A DNA stretch of 64,000 nt, from IMG/VR virus record IMGVR_UViG_3300025162_000016, positions 304,759 to 368,758 of that record; one strand, 5' to 3'. Position numbers and translations under genes: made by a program. A model generated the notes under the pieces. It saw only the letters and a list, made by a program, of their open reading frames with translations. It did no database searches and had not been told where the DNA came from. Positions 41,801-52,640 of the stretch are shown piece by piece. Position 1 is the stretch's first letter. Every line of letters begins with the position of its first letter.

Positions 41801-44800
41801 GTCACAAGTTCAGAATCAAGTGATAGCACAAGTCACGTCACAAGTTTGGGATCAAGTTTCAAATCAAGTTTTGGAACGAATTATATCTCAAGTTTCGGAA
41901 CAAGTTTCGGAACAAGTTGAGTTATACGTTTTGGATCAAGTTAGAGCACATGTAGTGAGTAAACTTTGGGTAAGTAAATAATCAAATATATAATAACTTG
42001 TTACGAATTATGAAGGAGAAAATGATATATCAAGTGTCGAGGGACGTGCAGAATCAAGTGCGGGATAAGGTTTGGAATCAAGTTGAGTTACACGTTTTGG
42101 ATCAAATTTCGTCACAAGTCAATTCACAAGTCAATTCACAAGTCTGGTCACAAGTCTGGTCACAAGTCTGGTCACAAGTGGGGGATCAAGTTCGGTCACA
42201 ATTAGAATCACATGAATAATAAATTAGTTAATGATAAAATCTGGTCACAAATTTGGGATCGAATTAGGTCACAAGTTCAGTCACGAGTTAGCTCACAAGT
42301 TAGCTCACAAGTTTGGCAACAAGTTATGAATCGAGTTACGTCACAAGTTAATGATCAAGTCTATTCACAAGTTATGTCACAAATTTGGGATCGAGTCACG
42401 TCACAAGTTGAGGATCAAGTTGCGGCACAAGTTCGGTCACAACTAGAATTACATGAATAATAATAAATTAGTTAATGATCAAGTCTATTCACAAGTTATG
42501 TCACAAGTTGAGTCACAAGTTTCAACTCAAGTGTCGTCACAAGTTGAGTTGGAAGTTGTGTTACAAGTTGCGGTACGAGTTAGTTCACAAGTTAGGAATC
42601 AAGTTTGGGATCGAGTTAGTTCACAAGTTAGGAATCAAGTTTTGGATCGAGTTAGGTCACAAGTTGATTACCCAATGATGAAACACCTCCTATCACAAGT
42701 TACGTCACAAGTTAGGTCACAAGTTAGGTCACAAGTCTATTCACAAGTCCGGTCACAAGTTAGCTCGGAAGTTTGGAAACAAGTTTCGTCACAAATAGCA
42801 GAACAAGTGCGGTCACAATTAGAATTACATGAATGATATAACTAACTATCAAATTTGGGTTCAAGTTAAGTCACAAGTCTGGTCACAAGTTAAGTCACAA
42901 GTTGAGGATCAAGCTTGGGCACAAGTCACGTCACAAGTAGCAGAACAAGTTTGGGATCAAGTCTGGTCACAAGTTCGGAATCAAATCACGTTACAAGTCA
43001 ATTCACAAGTAGCAGAACAAGTAGCAGAACAAGTGCGGTCACAAATATCTTCCAATGGACAATTTATATAATCAAGTTCAGTCACAAGTTGCATCCCACG
43101 TTGATTCCCAAGTCTGGTCACAAGTTTCAACTCAAGTCTCGTCACAAGTTGAATTAGAAGTGAGGTCGCAAGTCTATTCACAAATTGAGGATCAAGTTCG
43201 TTCACAAGTCAATTCACAAGTTGCGTCACAAGTAGCAGAACAAGTGCGGTCACAAATATCTTCCAATGGACAATTTATATAATCAAATTATTGATCAAGT
43301 TGAGTTACACGTTTTGGATCAAGTTTCGTCACAAGTCTGGTCACAAGTCTGGTCACAAGTCTGGTCACAAGTTGATTCAGAAGTGCGGTCACAAGTTCTG
43401 AATAAAGTTAGGTCACAAGTTTCGTCACAAGTTTGGGATCAAGTTTGGTCACAAGTTAGGGATCAAGTGATGTTACAAGTTTCGTCACAAGTTTGGGATC
43501 AAGTGATGTTACAAGTTGCGTTACAAGTTCTGAATAAAGTTAGGTCACAAGTTGCGGATCAATTGCGGCACAATTAGAATCAAATAAATTATAAAGTAAT
43601 GCGAGGGACAACATAAAAATGGATTTTCCGGATCAAGTAATATTACAAGAGATGGGTAAAATAATGGGACGAGTTAGGTCACAAGTTGCGGATCAAGTTC
43701 GGTCACAAGTGAGGACACAAGTTTGGGATCAAGTTTGGAATCGACTTATTAAAGCTGGTGGATCACAAGTTAAATCAGAAATTGAGTCACAAATATCTTC
43801 CAATGAACAATTTATATAAACAAGTTCAGTCACAAGTAGCAGAACAAGTGCGGTCACAAGTTGATTCACAAGTTGCGACACAAGTTCGAATTCAAATCAA
43901 TTCACAAGTTACGTCACAAGTCTATTCACAAGTTGCGGATCAAGTTTCGGAACAAGTCTGGTCACAAGTCTGGTCACAAGTTTCGCCACAAGTCCATTCA
44001 CAAGTATGGTCACAAGTTCGGTTACAAGTTGCGTTACAAGTTTGGGATCAAGTTAGATCACACGTTGCGGCACAAGTCTATTCACAAGTGCTGTCACAAA
44101 TTAGAGATCAAGTTATAAATAAGCTAAGATCACATGAATAATACATTAATTAATTATCAAACCTATTCACAAGTTTGGGATCGAGTGAGGGGACACGTTG
44201 CGGATCAAATAATGTTACAAGTGATGACTCCATTGATAAAACGAATGGATGAACAAGTTGCGTCACAAGTTTCGTCACAAATTTCGTCACAAGTCACGTC
44301 ACAAAATGAATTTGGGTCGCATGAATAATAGATTAATTAAAGACCAAATCGAGTCACAAATCTATTCACAAGTCACGTCACAAGTTAGGGATCAAGTCTG
44401 GTCACAAGTCACGTCACAAGTAGCAGAACAAGTGAGGTCACAAGTCTGTTCACAAGTTCGAATTCAAGTTAGGTCACAAGTTGCGTTACAAGTTGAGTTA
44501 CAAGTTCGGTTACAAGTAAATGAGCAGATTCGGAATCAAGTTGCGGCACAAGTTATAAATGAACTGGGGTCGAATGTATAATAAATTAATTAAAGACCAA
44601 ATCGAGTCACAAGTTTGGCGACAAGTTGAAGCACAAATCGAGTCACAGGTGGTATACCCAATGTTCGGACACCTCGTATCACAAATTGCGTCACAAGTTT
44701 CATCTCAAGTTATGTCACGAGTTGAGCCACAAGTTAGGACACAAGTGAATGAGCATGTTGCGGATCAATTGCGGTCACAATTAGAATTACATGAATAATA

Positions 44801-45196
44801 AATTAGTTAATGATCAAGTCTATTCACAAGTTTCGACTCAAGTTTCGGAACAAGTCTGGTCACACGTTGTGTCACAAGTTTCGTCACAAGTTGATGATCA
44901 AGTTTGGGATCAAGTTAGATCACACGTTGCGGCACAAGTTAGTTCACAAGTTCGGTCACAACTAGAATTACATGAATAATAATCGAATTATTGATCAAGT
45001 TTCGACTCAAGTTTGGTCACAAGTTTGGGATCAAGTTGAGTCACAAGTTAGCTCACAAGTCTGGTCACAAGTTCGGTTACAAGTTGCGTTACAAGTTAGG
45101 AATCAAGTTTGGTCACAAGTTGCGGCACAAGTTAAGGAAAATGTTGAATCACAAATTAGAAGCCACCTCGCCCGCTCTATTTTGTTTGTTGACTAG
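35886..45196 (+). repeat. Block 2 of (QVxS)n short ORFs (~38 ORFs, ~30-180 aa, mostly overlapping)
   Basis: Successive ORFs mostly joined by 8- or 11-nt start/stop overlaps (ATGAATAA, ATGAATGA, ATGTATAA, ATGAGTATTAA). Confidence 0.9.
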
Positions 45197-45248
45197 TTAT
45201 GGGTTTTGTGGTTGACAAATTGAGGTAGTTGGTGTAGACTATTAAAGC

Positions 45249-45449
45249 ATGAGAACTGCTGAAGAAATAATTAAAGAAAATGGATGGGATGAATATAAGA
45301 CAGTGGCGGAAATTAAAGCCATTCAAGCCGATGCGTGGCAAGACGCCATTAAACACGCAATTTCCATAGCTAAAAGATATAGTAAAGATGATTCATGGGG
45401 TCAGGAAAAAATCATAGTGAAAGAACTCGGTAATCTTCTTGAAAAATAA
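45249..45449 (+). CDS. Hypothetical protein
   Basis: ATG just after TTGACA/TAGACT promoter. Confidence 0.6.
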   Translation: MRTAEEIIKENGWDEYKTVAEIKAIQADAWQDAIKHAISIAKRYSKDDSWGQEKIIVKELGNLLEK

Positions 45450-45654
45450 TATGAATACTGATTATGAACAAGGATGGGATGCTTATATGTCCGGCCTATA
45501 TAAAGAGGATTGCCCACACACAAACAACCTCTCACAAGGTGGAGATTGGTTAGATGGTTGGTGGGCGGCACAAATACAATTGAGAGATTCCAATGTAGTA
45601 GCAGAAAAACCAACACTAAAACCAATACCATGTAAGTGCGGTAAAGAATATTAA
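45439..45654 (+). CDS. Hypothetical protein, possibly truncated by the scaffold insertion
   Basis: YEQGWDAY..G....CP...W..GW motif; stop lies inside the scaffold copy. Confidence 0.55.
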   Translation: MKNNMNTDYEQGWDAYMSGLYKEDCPHTNNLSQGGDWLDGWWAAQIQLRDSNVVAEKPTLKPIPCKCGKEY

Positions 45655-45817
45655 TAAACATAGGTTAATTGACTAACAAAAAGATGAGAATAGAAATATT
45701 CCAGCACGGAGCTTATAGTCCCGAGTGTTTTAAAAACCTAAATTTAGTAAGAATAAATTTCAATAGAACAGGTAACTATATGGTGAAGTGCTGGAACAGA
45801 CCAGTTACTATATCACC
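45640..45817 (+). ncRNA. Putative scaffold RNA copy B (5'-truncated) fused to one CRISPR repeat (45782-45817)
   Basis: Near-identical to 63859-64000, followed by an exact 36-bp repeat. Confidence 0.6.
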
Positions 45818-46117
45818 CAAATGAGTTATATAAACACGAAACGGATGAAGAACGAATTATTCGTATGATAAAAGCTAGATCGGCAGAAGATACATATGCT
45901 TATTGTATCATGAGACTTCAAAATTTAGGACGAATTTGAAAATTTAAAAATATGAGACTTAAACGAAATAACGTGCTTTTGACTAGTATTAGTTTCATTT
46001 TGGCGAGTGTGGTATTGTGGATATCGCCGTCCACAAGTTTCAATGTTGAATTTGCGATTTTTGATTTGAAATTAGCATCGATATTGTTTGCGGCATATCT
46101 GTGCATGGATAAAAAAT

Positions 46118-46612
46118 ATGAAACTAAATAAAATGTATCTAGTATTGGGCGATTCATCCGACGATGGACACGGTAAGTATGAGAAAGTTTTACTTAATAG
46201 TAACGTTAAAGTAGACTCAATTCGGTACGCCTACAAGGCATCATGTAAGCTTACAGGGGTGAGTTTTAATCATAGCACAGACTATACAGAGGTTGGTAAT
46301 AAGAATCAAATTGCGACTAAATATGAGGATGGCGTGCTTCATAAAAAAGTTTTTGATATTCTTGCTAAACATGGGCTTACTAAGGACATGTTGAGAGAAT
46401 GGGACGTGTGCGATTATTTCGAGGAAGGAGATTTTGAAGATGGTCAATTTGGGTTGTATGCAGAAATTTTCGTTAGTCTTTGGATTTGGTTTGTTAAACT
46501 GAGCTTACCTGAGGTAGTAATATTAGAACGTGACATTCCTAAAGAGGTGATTCCGAATATTAATGGCTGTAAAAATCTATCTAGTCAATTTGGTTACGGA
46601 TTATATATTTAA
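46118..46612 (+). CDS. Conserved phage hypothetical protein
   Basis: LGD.S.DGHG...AYKASC..TG; FGYGLY C-terminus. Confidence 0.7.
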   Translation: MKLNKMYLVLGDSSDDGHGKYEKVLLNSNVKVDSIRYAYKASCKLTGVSFNHSTDYTEVGNKNQIATKYEDGVLHKKVFDILAKHGLTKDMLREWDVCDYFEEGDFEDGQFGLYAEIFVSLWIWFVKLSLPEVVILERDIPKEVIPNINGCKNLSSQFGYGLYI

Positions 46613-46624
46613 AATGATTAATAT

Positions 46625-46954
46625 ATGGGAACTAATTTAGACATTAACGAAATTTATAAAATTTTAAGTGAACATAAGTTGTTTGTGGGAAGAATGATTT
46701 CTTCTTATAAAAAATCTCCAAAGGGATGTACATGCGTTTGGAATGGAAACATTGTAACTCGCACATATGGAAAGATTTGGTATGGTGATTTGAATCTAAC
46801 CAAAGAAGGTGATATTTTGAAGGAAATTGCTAATTGTATTGGAGAACCTCTTTATATTCTACGGGAAAGTGATTGTCGTTTTGGATCGGAGAATGATCCA
46901 ATTGATACGATTATTGGTAGAAGTATTTGGAACACAACTCAGAACCTTGTTTAA
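46625..46954 (+). CDS. Conserved phage hypothetical protein
   Basis: GRMIS..K, KIWYGDL.LT, LYILRE.D.RF. Confidence 0.7.
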   Translation: MGTNLDINEIYKILSEHKLFVGRMISSYKKSPKGCTCVWNGNIVTRTYGKIWYGDLNLTKEGDILKEIANCIGEPLYILRESDCRFGSENDPIDTIIGRSIWNTTQNLV

Positions 46955-47023
46955 AAAAGAGCACACATTTTGTTGAAAATCTCGAACTGTTAGAAGAATT
47001 CTCAGAGTCATTATTGAAATAAT

Positions 47024-47248
47024 ATGGGTGAAATTGCTATTGGAGATTTGTTTAAGCATAAGAAATATGGATTTACCGGTAAATTGATTTGCGTTGATCA
47101 TTTCTCCAATATCCATGTAATCCAATCGGCAGATAACCGAGAGCCAAAATATTATTCCGATGAATTATATGAAGGGATAGAATATCCACCAACTCTTACA
47201 TGGAAAGGTCTGGAATATCAGATGGAAGAAGATTTTGAAAAAATATGA
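47024..47248 (+). CDS. Hypothetical protein
   Basis: ORF track. Confidence 0.5.
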   Translation: MGEIAIGDLFKHKKYGFTGKLICVDHFSNIHVIQSADNREPKYYSDELYEGIEYPPTLTWKGLEYQMEEDFEKI

Positions 47249-47434
47249 AAATAAACGACATTATCAGATATCAAAATTATACATCGGATGATCGTAAGTC
47301 ATCGATTAGAAAAATGAGGATAGTAGAGATGCGATTGCTCGGTGACCCCAAAAACCTTACAGAACGTTTTATTGGAGAAACTTTGAGTGGTAAAGATAAA
47401 CAATGGATTTATGAGGATCAAATTGTCAAATAAA

Positions 47435-47791
47435 ATGAAGAATAGAGAAATTAAATTTAGAGTATGGCATCATTCGTTTTCGAGATTCCTGACGCCGGAT
47501 GAATGGTTTCTAGCGTTGGATGGTAAGTTACTATTTACTGATTTTACCACGGATGAATGGAGGATTGTAGATTCGGATTATACTATTCAACAATATACCG
47601 GACTTAAAGATAAAAACGATAAAGAAATCTATGAGGGTGATATTGTTAAAACTGAATTTGGTCATATGTTTAGTAGTAATATTCATGTGGTAGAGTATAT
47701 AAAAAATAGATTTGTCCCCGATGATGTGTGTGATACTGATGGTGTAGAAGTTATCGGGAATATTTTTGAGAATTTAGATTTGGTAAAATAA
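47435..47791 (+). CDS. YopX family protein
   Basis: REIKFRVW..QYTGLKDKN.KEIYEGDI..EVIGNIFEN. Confidence 0.9.
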   Translation: MKNREIKFRVWHHSFSRFLTPDEWFLALDGKLLFTDFTTDEWRIVDSDYTIQQYTGLKDKNDKEIYEGDIVKTEFGHMFSSNIHVVEYIKNRFVPDDVCDTDGVEVIGNIFENLDLVK

Positions 47792-48096
47792 TATGAGTAA
47801 AACGAAATATTACATCAAAATAGTGCTGCCCGAAAATGATCACGGCTCTGTGCTAGGATTAGAACTAACAGAAAAAATCAGGACCGAGTTGGATAATTAT
47901 CTTAACCAAGTGTTCAATAATTTTGAAGTTAAAATAATAACTGAAGTTTCTAGTTCGTAAAATAATGTCTTGAGTCATTTCATTGATTATTAGGTAATTT
48001 ATACCAAATCATAGAAAACTATACCACAAATATAAAAAATTGTCAAGAAGTATCACTCTTTTTGCTCTTTGAGATTTCTAAGCAATATATATTGCT

Positions 48097-48246
48097 ATGA
48101 AAACACCTATATATACAAAAATTGCACAGCGAAACTGGATGGAAAAGCGAAAGAAAGCGGGATATTGCTGGGCTACTTTCTTTACCACCAAGGAGAACGT
48201 AGCTAAATTAAAGGAGTTCTACGCTGAACTCAAAAAGTCCAAATGA
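48097..48246 (+). CDS. Small basic TnpB-associated protein (49 aa, not in track)
   Basis: MKTPIYTKIAQRNWMEKRKKAG...KLKEFYAEL; ATGA overlap with 48243. Confidence 0.65.
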   Translation: MKTPIYTKIAQRNWMEKRKKAGYCWATFFTTKENVAKLKEFYAELKKSK

Positions 48247-49493
48247 TCCGCTCATCAAACCATACAACAAAATTTGCAAATCCTCTCAAACTAAAGAGGT
48301 TGTCCAGATTCGTTGACGAATACAGGCGAGTTGGCCAAATCATTATCGATACTATCTGGGCCAACGGTTATGACAGCTTTATTCCATTAAAGGATCAACT
48401 TAATTGCCCAAAATACCTTGACTACAATCGGTTTGACGTGGAAACAGACATTTCCCCAAGAGCAATGAGTTCGCTCACAACCCAAATATGTGCTGCCCTA
48501 TCAGCATCCACAAAAAAACGAAAGAAACTTCTATATACAAAATCCAAACTAATAGATGAAAATATACCAACAAAATCTATCGATAGACTGTTGACAAAAT
48601 ACATAATCGTAAAACCAGACTGCCGTTACATGAATCCAGAACTTAGTTCCAAATGTAGCGACATCGAATCTGGAAAATCCTTCGACTACTTTCTACGAAT
48701 AAAATGTATCGGTAAATCTTATGGTCACATAAAAATTCCACTAAAACATACCAAAATGAGCCTAAAATGGCTCAAATCAGGAAAACCACTCACATCATAT
48801 TCTTTAACTACATCTTCTATTACACTGAGGTTTGAAATTAAACCTTTACGCACAACCATTGGAACAAAGGTTATTGGTGTTGATCAAGGGATGAAAGACG
48901 TTGCTACTTGTTCTGATTCCCAAACAACCCCCAAAACCGATGCTCATGGACACTCGCTTGAATTTATAATAAACAAACTGTCAAGAAAAAAGAGGGGTAG
49001 CAGAGCATTTGAAAAAACACAGTCTCACAGAAAAAATTTTATTAATTGGTCAATCAATCAATTAAATTTTAATGATGCCAAAGAAATTCGATTGGAAAAA
49101 ATATGGAACATTGGCTACAAAAATCGAACGTCAAGAAAGCTTTCACATTGGACAAACACGTTGATTAGAGATAAAATTATTGGAAAATGCGAAGAACTGG
49201 AGGTTCCAGTCATCGAGCAGGATTCCACTTATCGTTCCCAACGTTGTTTTAATTGCGGATTGGTACGAAAAGCCAATCGGAAAGGTAAATTATACAAATG
49301 TAAGAAATGTGGGTATGAGGCGGATGCTGATTTCAATGCAAGCCTAAACCATAGTATTGATTTGCCTGATATCGATTGGCGGTTTCGTGGTAAAGGACAC
49401 AATCTAGGCAAGGGGTTCCGATGGACTCCTACCGGATTGTTCAACCTTGACGGATCGGAGCTTAGAGTCCCGGTTTCCAACAAACAAGGATAA
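48243..49493 (+). CDS. tnpB: TnpB/Cas12f-like RuvC nuclease
   Basis: IGVDQG, IRLEKI, SQRCFNCG..CKKCG, DADFNASLN. Confidence 0.85.
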   Translation: MIRSSNHTTKFANPLKLKRLSRFVDEYRRVGQIIIDTIWANGYDSFIPLKDQLNCPKYLDYNRFDVETDISPRAMSSLTTQICAALSASTKKRKKLLYTKSKLIDENIPTKSIDRLLTKYIIVKPDCRYMNPELSSKCSDIESGKSFDYFLRIKCIGKSYGHIKIPLKHTKMSLKWLKSGKPLTSYSLTTSSITLRFEIKPLRTTIGTKVIGVDQGMKDVATCSDSQTTPKTDAHGHSLEFIINKLSRKKRGSRAFEKTQSHRKNFINWSINQLNFNDAKEIRLEKIWNIGYKNRTSRKLSHWTNTLIRDKIIGKCEELEVPVIEQDSTYRSQRCFNCGLVRKANRKGKLYKCKKCGYEADADFNASLNHSIDLPDIDWRFRGKGHNLGKGFRWTPTGLFNLDGSELRVPVSNKQG

Positions 49494-49770
49494 TTTTCTA
49501 TAAATTATCTAACTCTACATCATATACTATGGAAAGTTGTTACGTATGCAAACGTGCTAAATCCAACCAAGAAAATCCATATATTTGTAATACTTGTAGT
49601 AAATTAGGATATATAGAAAATAAATGTTTACCAATCGGATTTTTTGATTTTGTTTGTTGGAAACCATTCGTCAAACTCCCATTAGGCAATTGAATTAATA
49701 TGCAAAGAGAAATTAAAATTAGAGTATGAAGAATTAAAGGTTTTTTGTTTATAATTACATATTTATTTAT

Positions 49771-51870
49771 ATGATAATAAAATTAAATGAAATAAAAAGT
49801 GTAATACGGGAACTCCTCTTAGAACTTTTTAATAAAGACGCCTCCAAAACCGCATTAGCTAAAGCGGGAAAATCAAAATATTTTGATAAAATTATTGATC
49901 TTGATCCAACTAAAGATAAAAATGCAGTTTATTCCATTAAATTAACTAAATTTTTTCTTGAACCCAGATCTCAATCCGATGATCAATTCTTAGAATTACT
50001 CAAATCTTATTTTGAAAAATATCTTCTTTTTAAAAATAGAAAACTATTAAAAGGTAAAGACGCTGATCTCAATTCAATAAAATCTTTCAAAGATTTTCAT
50101 AATTTAATTGATGCAACCGAAGCGGAACTCAAAAGAAATAAACCCGTCGATGTCGTTGCTAAAATTGCGGAACCGGAGAAAGTTGATGATCAGGGAAGCA
50201 TAATAGAAGCATTAGGTAAGAAGATAGATAAGAAGGATATTACCTATGTTGATCAAAATGTTATTGTTGTTCGGGCAGATAATTCATCGAAATCGAAGAG
50301 ATATGGTGGTGGATTTAGTAACTGGTGTACGGCGAGAAAGTCCGGAAATTTATTTTATAATTATCGATTTGAAGAGCCACCACAAACGATGTTTTACGTA
50401 TATTTTTTAAATAAAGATAAGAATGATAATGAATTAGTGTTGCATTTCGGAGTTGATGAAGATAGAGACATTTCTTATACCGACAGATTAAACAAAGAAA
50501 GTAGACAAACATTAGATTGGTTGGTGAGAAAGTTTCCCGAATTAAAACCTGCGTTGGCTTCTAATGCATTTAAACTAGTTCCATTGACAGCGACAGAGAT
50601 AAGAGTTAAAAAGTTACCAGATACGTTATCGGTGGAACAATTTAATGGATTAAGTTACGATGAGAAAGAGATGTGGTTTCAGTCTGGAGATAGAGAGGTT
50701 ACATTAGATGTATGGAATTTGATGGATGAGAATTTCAAGAATTTGTATGTGAGAGAATTTTCAGATAGGGAGGATGATATTGATAATGAGATATTTAATA
50801 TAATAAGAGGGACAAAGTATGAAAAATTATATATGGAAGGAATACAGGAGAGGATAGAAGATGGGATATCCGAATCGGAGACACATACTATAGATCAATG
50901 TAGTCCGCATGAGTTGGAATTTATCAAGACCAGTCCAGGGTTGATTAATAAATTAAGTGATTATACTGTTTATAGTTTATTAGATCAATCACAGAATAAA
51001 GACGAGATGGCTCGGATATTGGGTCCGGAGAATATAAATAAATTAAATAGTGATAATGTTTATAAAATATTAGATTATTCACAGAATAAAGACGAGATGG
51101 CTCGGATATTGGGTCCGGAAAATATAAATAAATTAAGTGATGATAATGTTTATAGTTTATTACAAAATTCATCAAATAAAGACGAAATGTCCAAAATTAT
51201 TTTACAATATAAAGGAAATAATTTAAGTGATAATAATGTTTATAATTTATTACACTATTCATCAAATAAAAACGAGATGGCTAAAATACTTGGTAGTGAA
51301 AATATAAATAAATTAAGTGATAATACTGTTTATTATTTATTATACTATTTACTGAATAAAGACGAGATGGCTAAACTTATTTTACAATATAAAGGAAATA
51401 ATTTAAGTGATAATAATGTTTATAATTTATTACACTATTCACAGAATAAAGACGAGATTGCTAAGATATTGGGTCCGGGGAATATAAATAAATTAAATAG
51501 TGATAATGTTTATAAAATATTAGATTATTCACAGAATAAAGACGAGATGGCTCGGATATTGGGTCCGGAAAATATAAATAAATTAAGTAATAATAATGTT
51601 TATTATTTATTACACTCTTCACTGAATAAAGAAGAGATGGCTAAAATACTTGGTAGTGAAAATATAAATAAATTAAGTGATAATACTGTTTATTATTTAT
51701 TATACTATTCACTGAATAAAGAAGAGATGGCTAAGATTTTGATGAATTATTTAAGTTCCGATAGGATAGAGCAATTTAAATTAAAATTTCCGCAACAAGC
51801 GAAGTGGTTTAATGCGTCACCTACTCCAATTAGGGAGCGTCATTCCAATTATAAATCCTATTACAGTTGA
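49771..51870 (+). CDS. Paralog of 21659-23941 with a different set of ~30-aa repeats
   Basis: Shared N-domain; repeats NKDEMAxILGxENINKLxDxxVYxLL. Confidence 0.85.
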   Translation: MIIKLNEIKSVIRELLLELFNKDASKTALAKAGKSKYFDKIIDLDPTKDKNAVYSIKLTKFFLEPRSQSDDQFLELLKSYFEKYLLFKNRKLLKGKDADLNSIKSFKDFHNLIDATEAELKRNKPVDVVAKIAEPEKVDDQGSIIEALGKKIDKKDITYVDQNVIVVRADNSSKSKRYGGGFSNWCTARKSGNLFYNYRFEEPPQTMFYVYFLNKDKNDNELVLHFGVDEDRDISYTDRLNKESRQTLDWLVRKFPELKPALASNAFKLVPLTATEIRVKKLPDTLSVEQFNGLSYDEKEMWFQSGDREVTLDVWNLMDENFKNLYVREFSDREDDIDNEIFNIIRGTKYEKLYMEGIQERIEDGISESETHTIDQCSPHELEFIKTSPGLINKLSDYTVYSLLDQSQNKDEMARILGPENINKLNSDNVYKILDYSQNKDEMARILGPENINKLSDDNVYSLLQNSSNKDEMSKIILQYKGNNLSDNNVYNLLHYSSNKNEMAKILGSENINKLSDNTVYYLLYYLLNKDEMAKLILQYKGNNLSDNNVYNLLHYSQNKDEIAKILGPGNINKLNSDNVYKILDYSQNKDEMARILGPENINKLSNNNVYYLLHSSLNKEEMAKILGSENINKLSDNTVYYLLYYSLNKEEMAKILMNYLSSDRIEQFKLKFPQQAKWFNASPTPIRERHSNYKSYYS

Positions 51871-51963
51871 AAACATTTCTGGTAGAACGTTAATTATCTG
51901 AACCCGGTGTTCAACAATTTCAAAGTTAAAATAGTAACTGAAGTTTCAAGTTAGTAAAATAAT

Positions 51964-52416
51964 ATGCAAAGAGAAATTAAATTTCGAGTTTGGGATGTCG
52001 ATGGAAAGAAATTCATTGATCCGCAACATTATGATATCGGACAAGTTCTACTTGATTTTGCGGGCAATATCAGAATTGCAGCATGGTCACAAGGTAATGG
52101 AGATAATGCCGCCGATTCTGTATATTCTCCCGTAGGCAATCAAAGTAATTATACTATTCAACAATATACCGGACTTAAAGATAAAAATAACAAAGAAATC
52201 TATGAGGGTGATATTCTCGTGTATTCAGAAAATGATCCAACCTCCACTGCTGATAGAACATTGGTGCGTGTAGAATATAAAGGGAGCGGTTTTTGTTATA
52301 GAGATTTAGCTACAAATAAACTCGACTCTATTCATTCCATCATCGGAATTGTTGAAGTTGATGTTGACGCAGAAATTATTGGTAATATCTTTGAAAATGT
52401 CTATTTGTTGCCATAA
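51964..52416 (+). CDS. YopX family protein
   Basis: REIKFRVW..QYTGLKDKNNKEIYEGDI..IIGNIFEN. Confidence 0.9.
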   Translation: MQREIKFRVWDVDGKKFIDPQHYDIGQVLLDFAGNIRIAAWSQGNGDNAADSVYSPVGNQSNYTIQQYTGLKDKNNKEIYEGDILVYSENDPTSTADRTLVRVEYKGSGFCYRDLATNKLDSIHSIIGIVEVDVDAEIIGNIFENVYLLP

Positions 52417-52418
52417 TT

Positions 52419-52640
52419 ATGCTTAAAAAAGTTATATATCGAATTTCAGAACGAGTTATAGATCAAGTCTATTTACGAGTTGGGGCACAAGTTCAGAATC
52501 AAGTTGAGTCACAAGTCTGGTCACAAGTTGAGTCACAAGTTCAGTCACAAGTTAAAGAGCAAGTTATGTCACAAGTTGAGGGTCAAGTTTGGGTACAAGT
52601 CAGGGATAAAATTATGGCTCAGATTCATAGTCAGATTTAG
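52419..52640 (+). CDS. Isolated (QVxS)n short ORF
   Basis: Same tetrapeptide repeat as at 32-45 kb. Confidence 0.75.
   Translation: MLKKVIYRISERVIDQVYLRVGAQVQNQVESQVWSQVESQVQSQVKEQVMSQVEGQVWVQVRDKIMAQIHSQI

Noticed and set aside
32365-45196. Diversity-generating retroelement or CRISPR array as explanation of the Q array
   Set aside because: No reverse transcriptase in the window, variation is not adenine-specific, and there is no repeat-spacer alternation
33797-45215. His/Lys-rich (HKL/HKF) alternate-frame ORFs and minus-strand LVT ORFs in the Q array
   Set aside because: By-products of the 12-bp periodicity; they lack the conserved heads, tails and coupling seen in the QV frame
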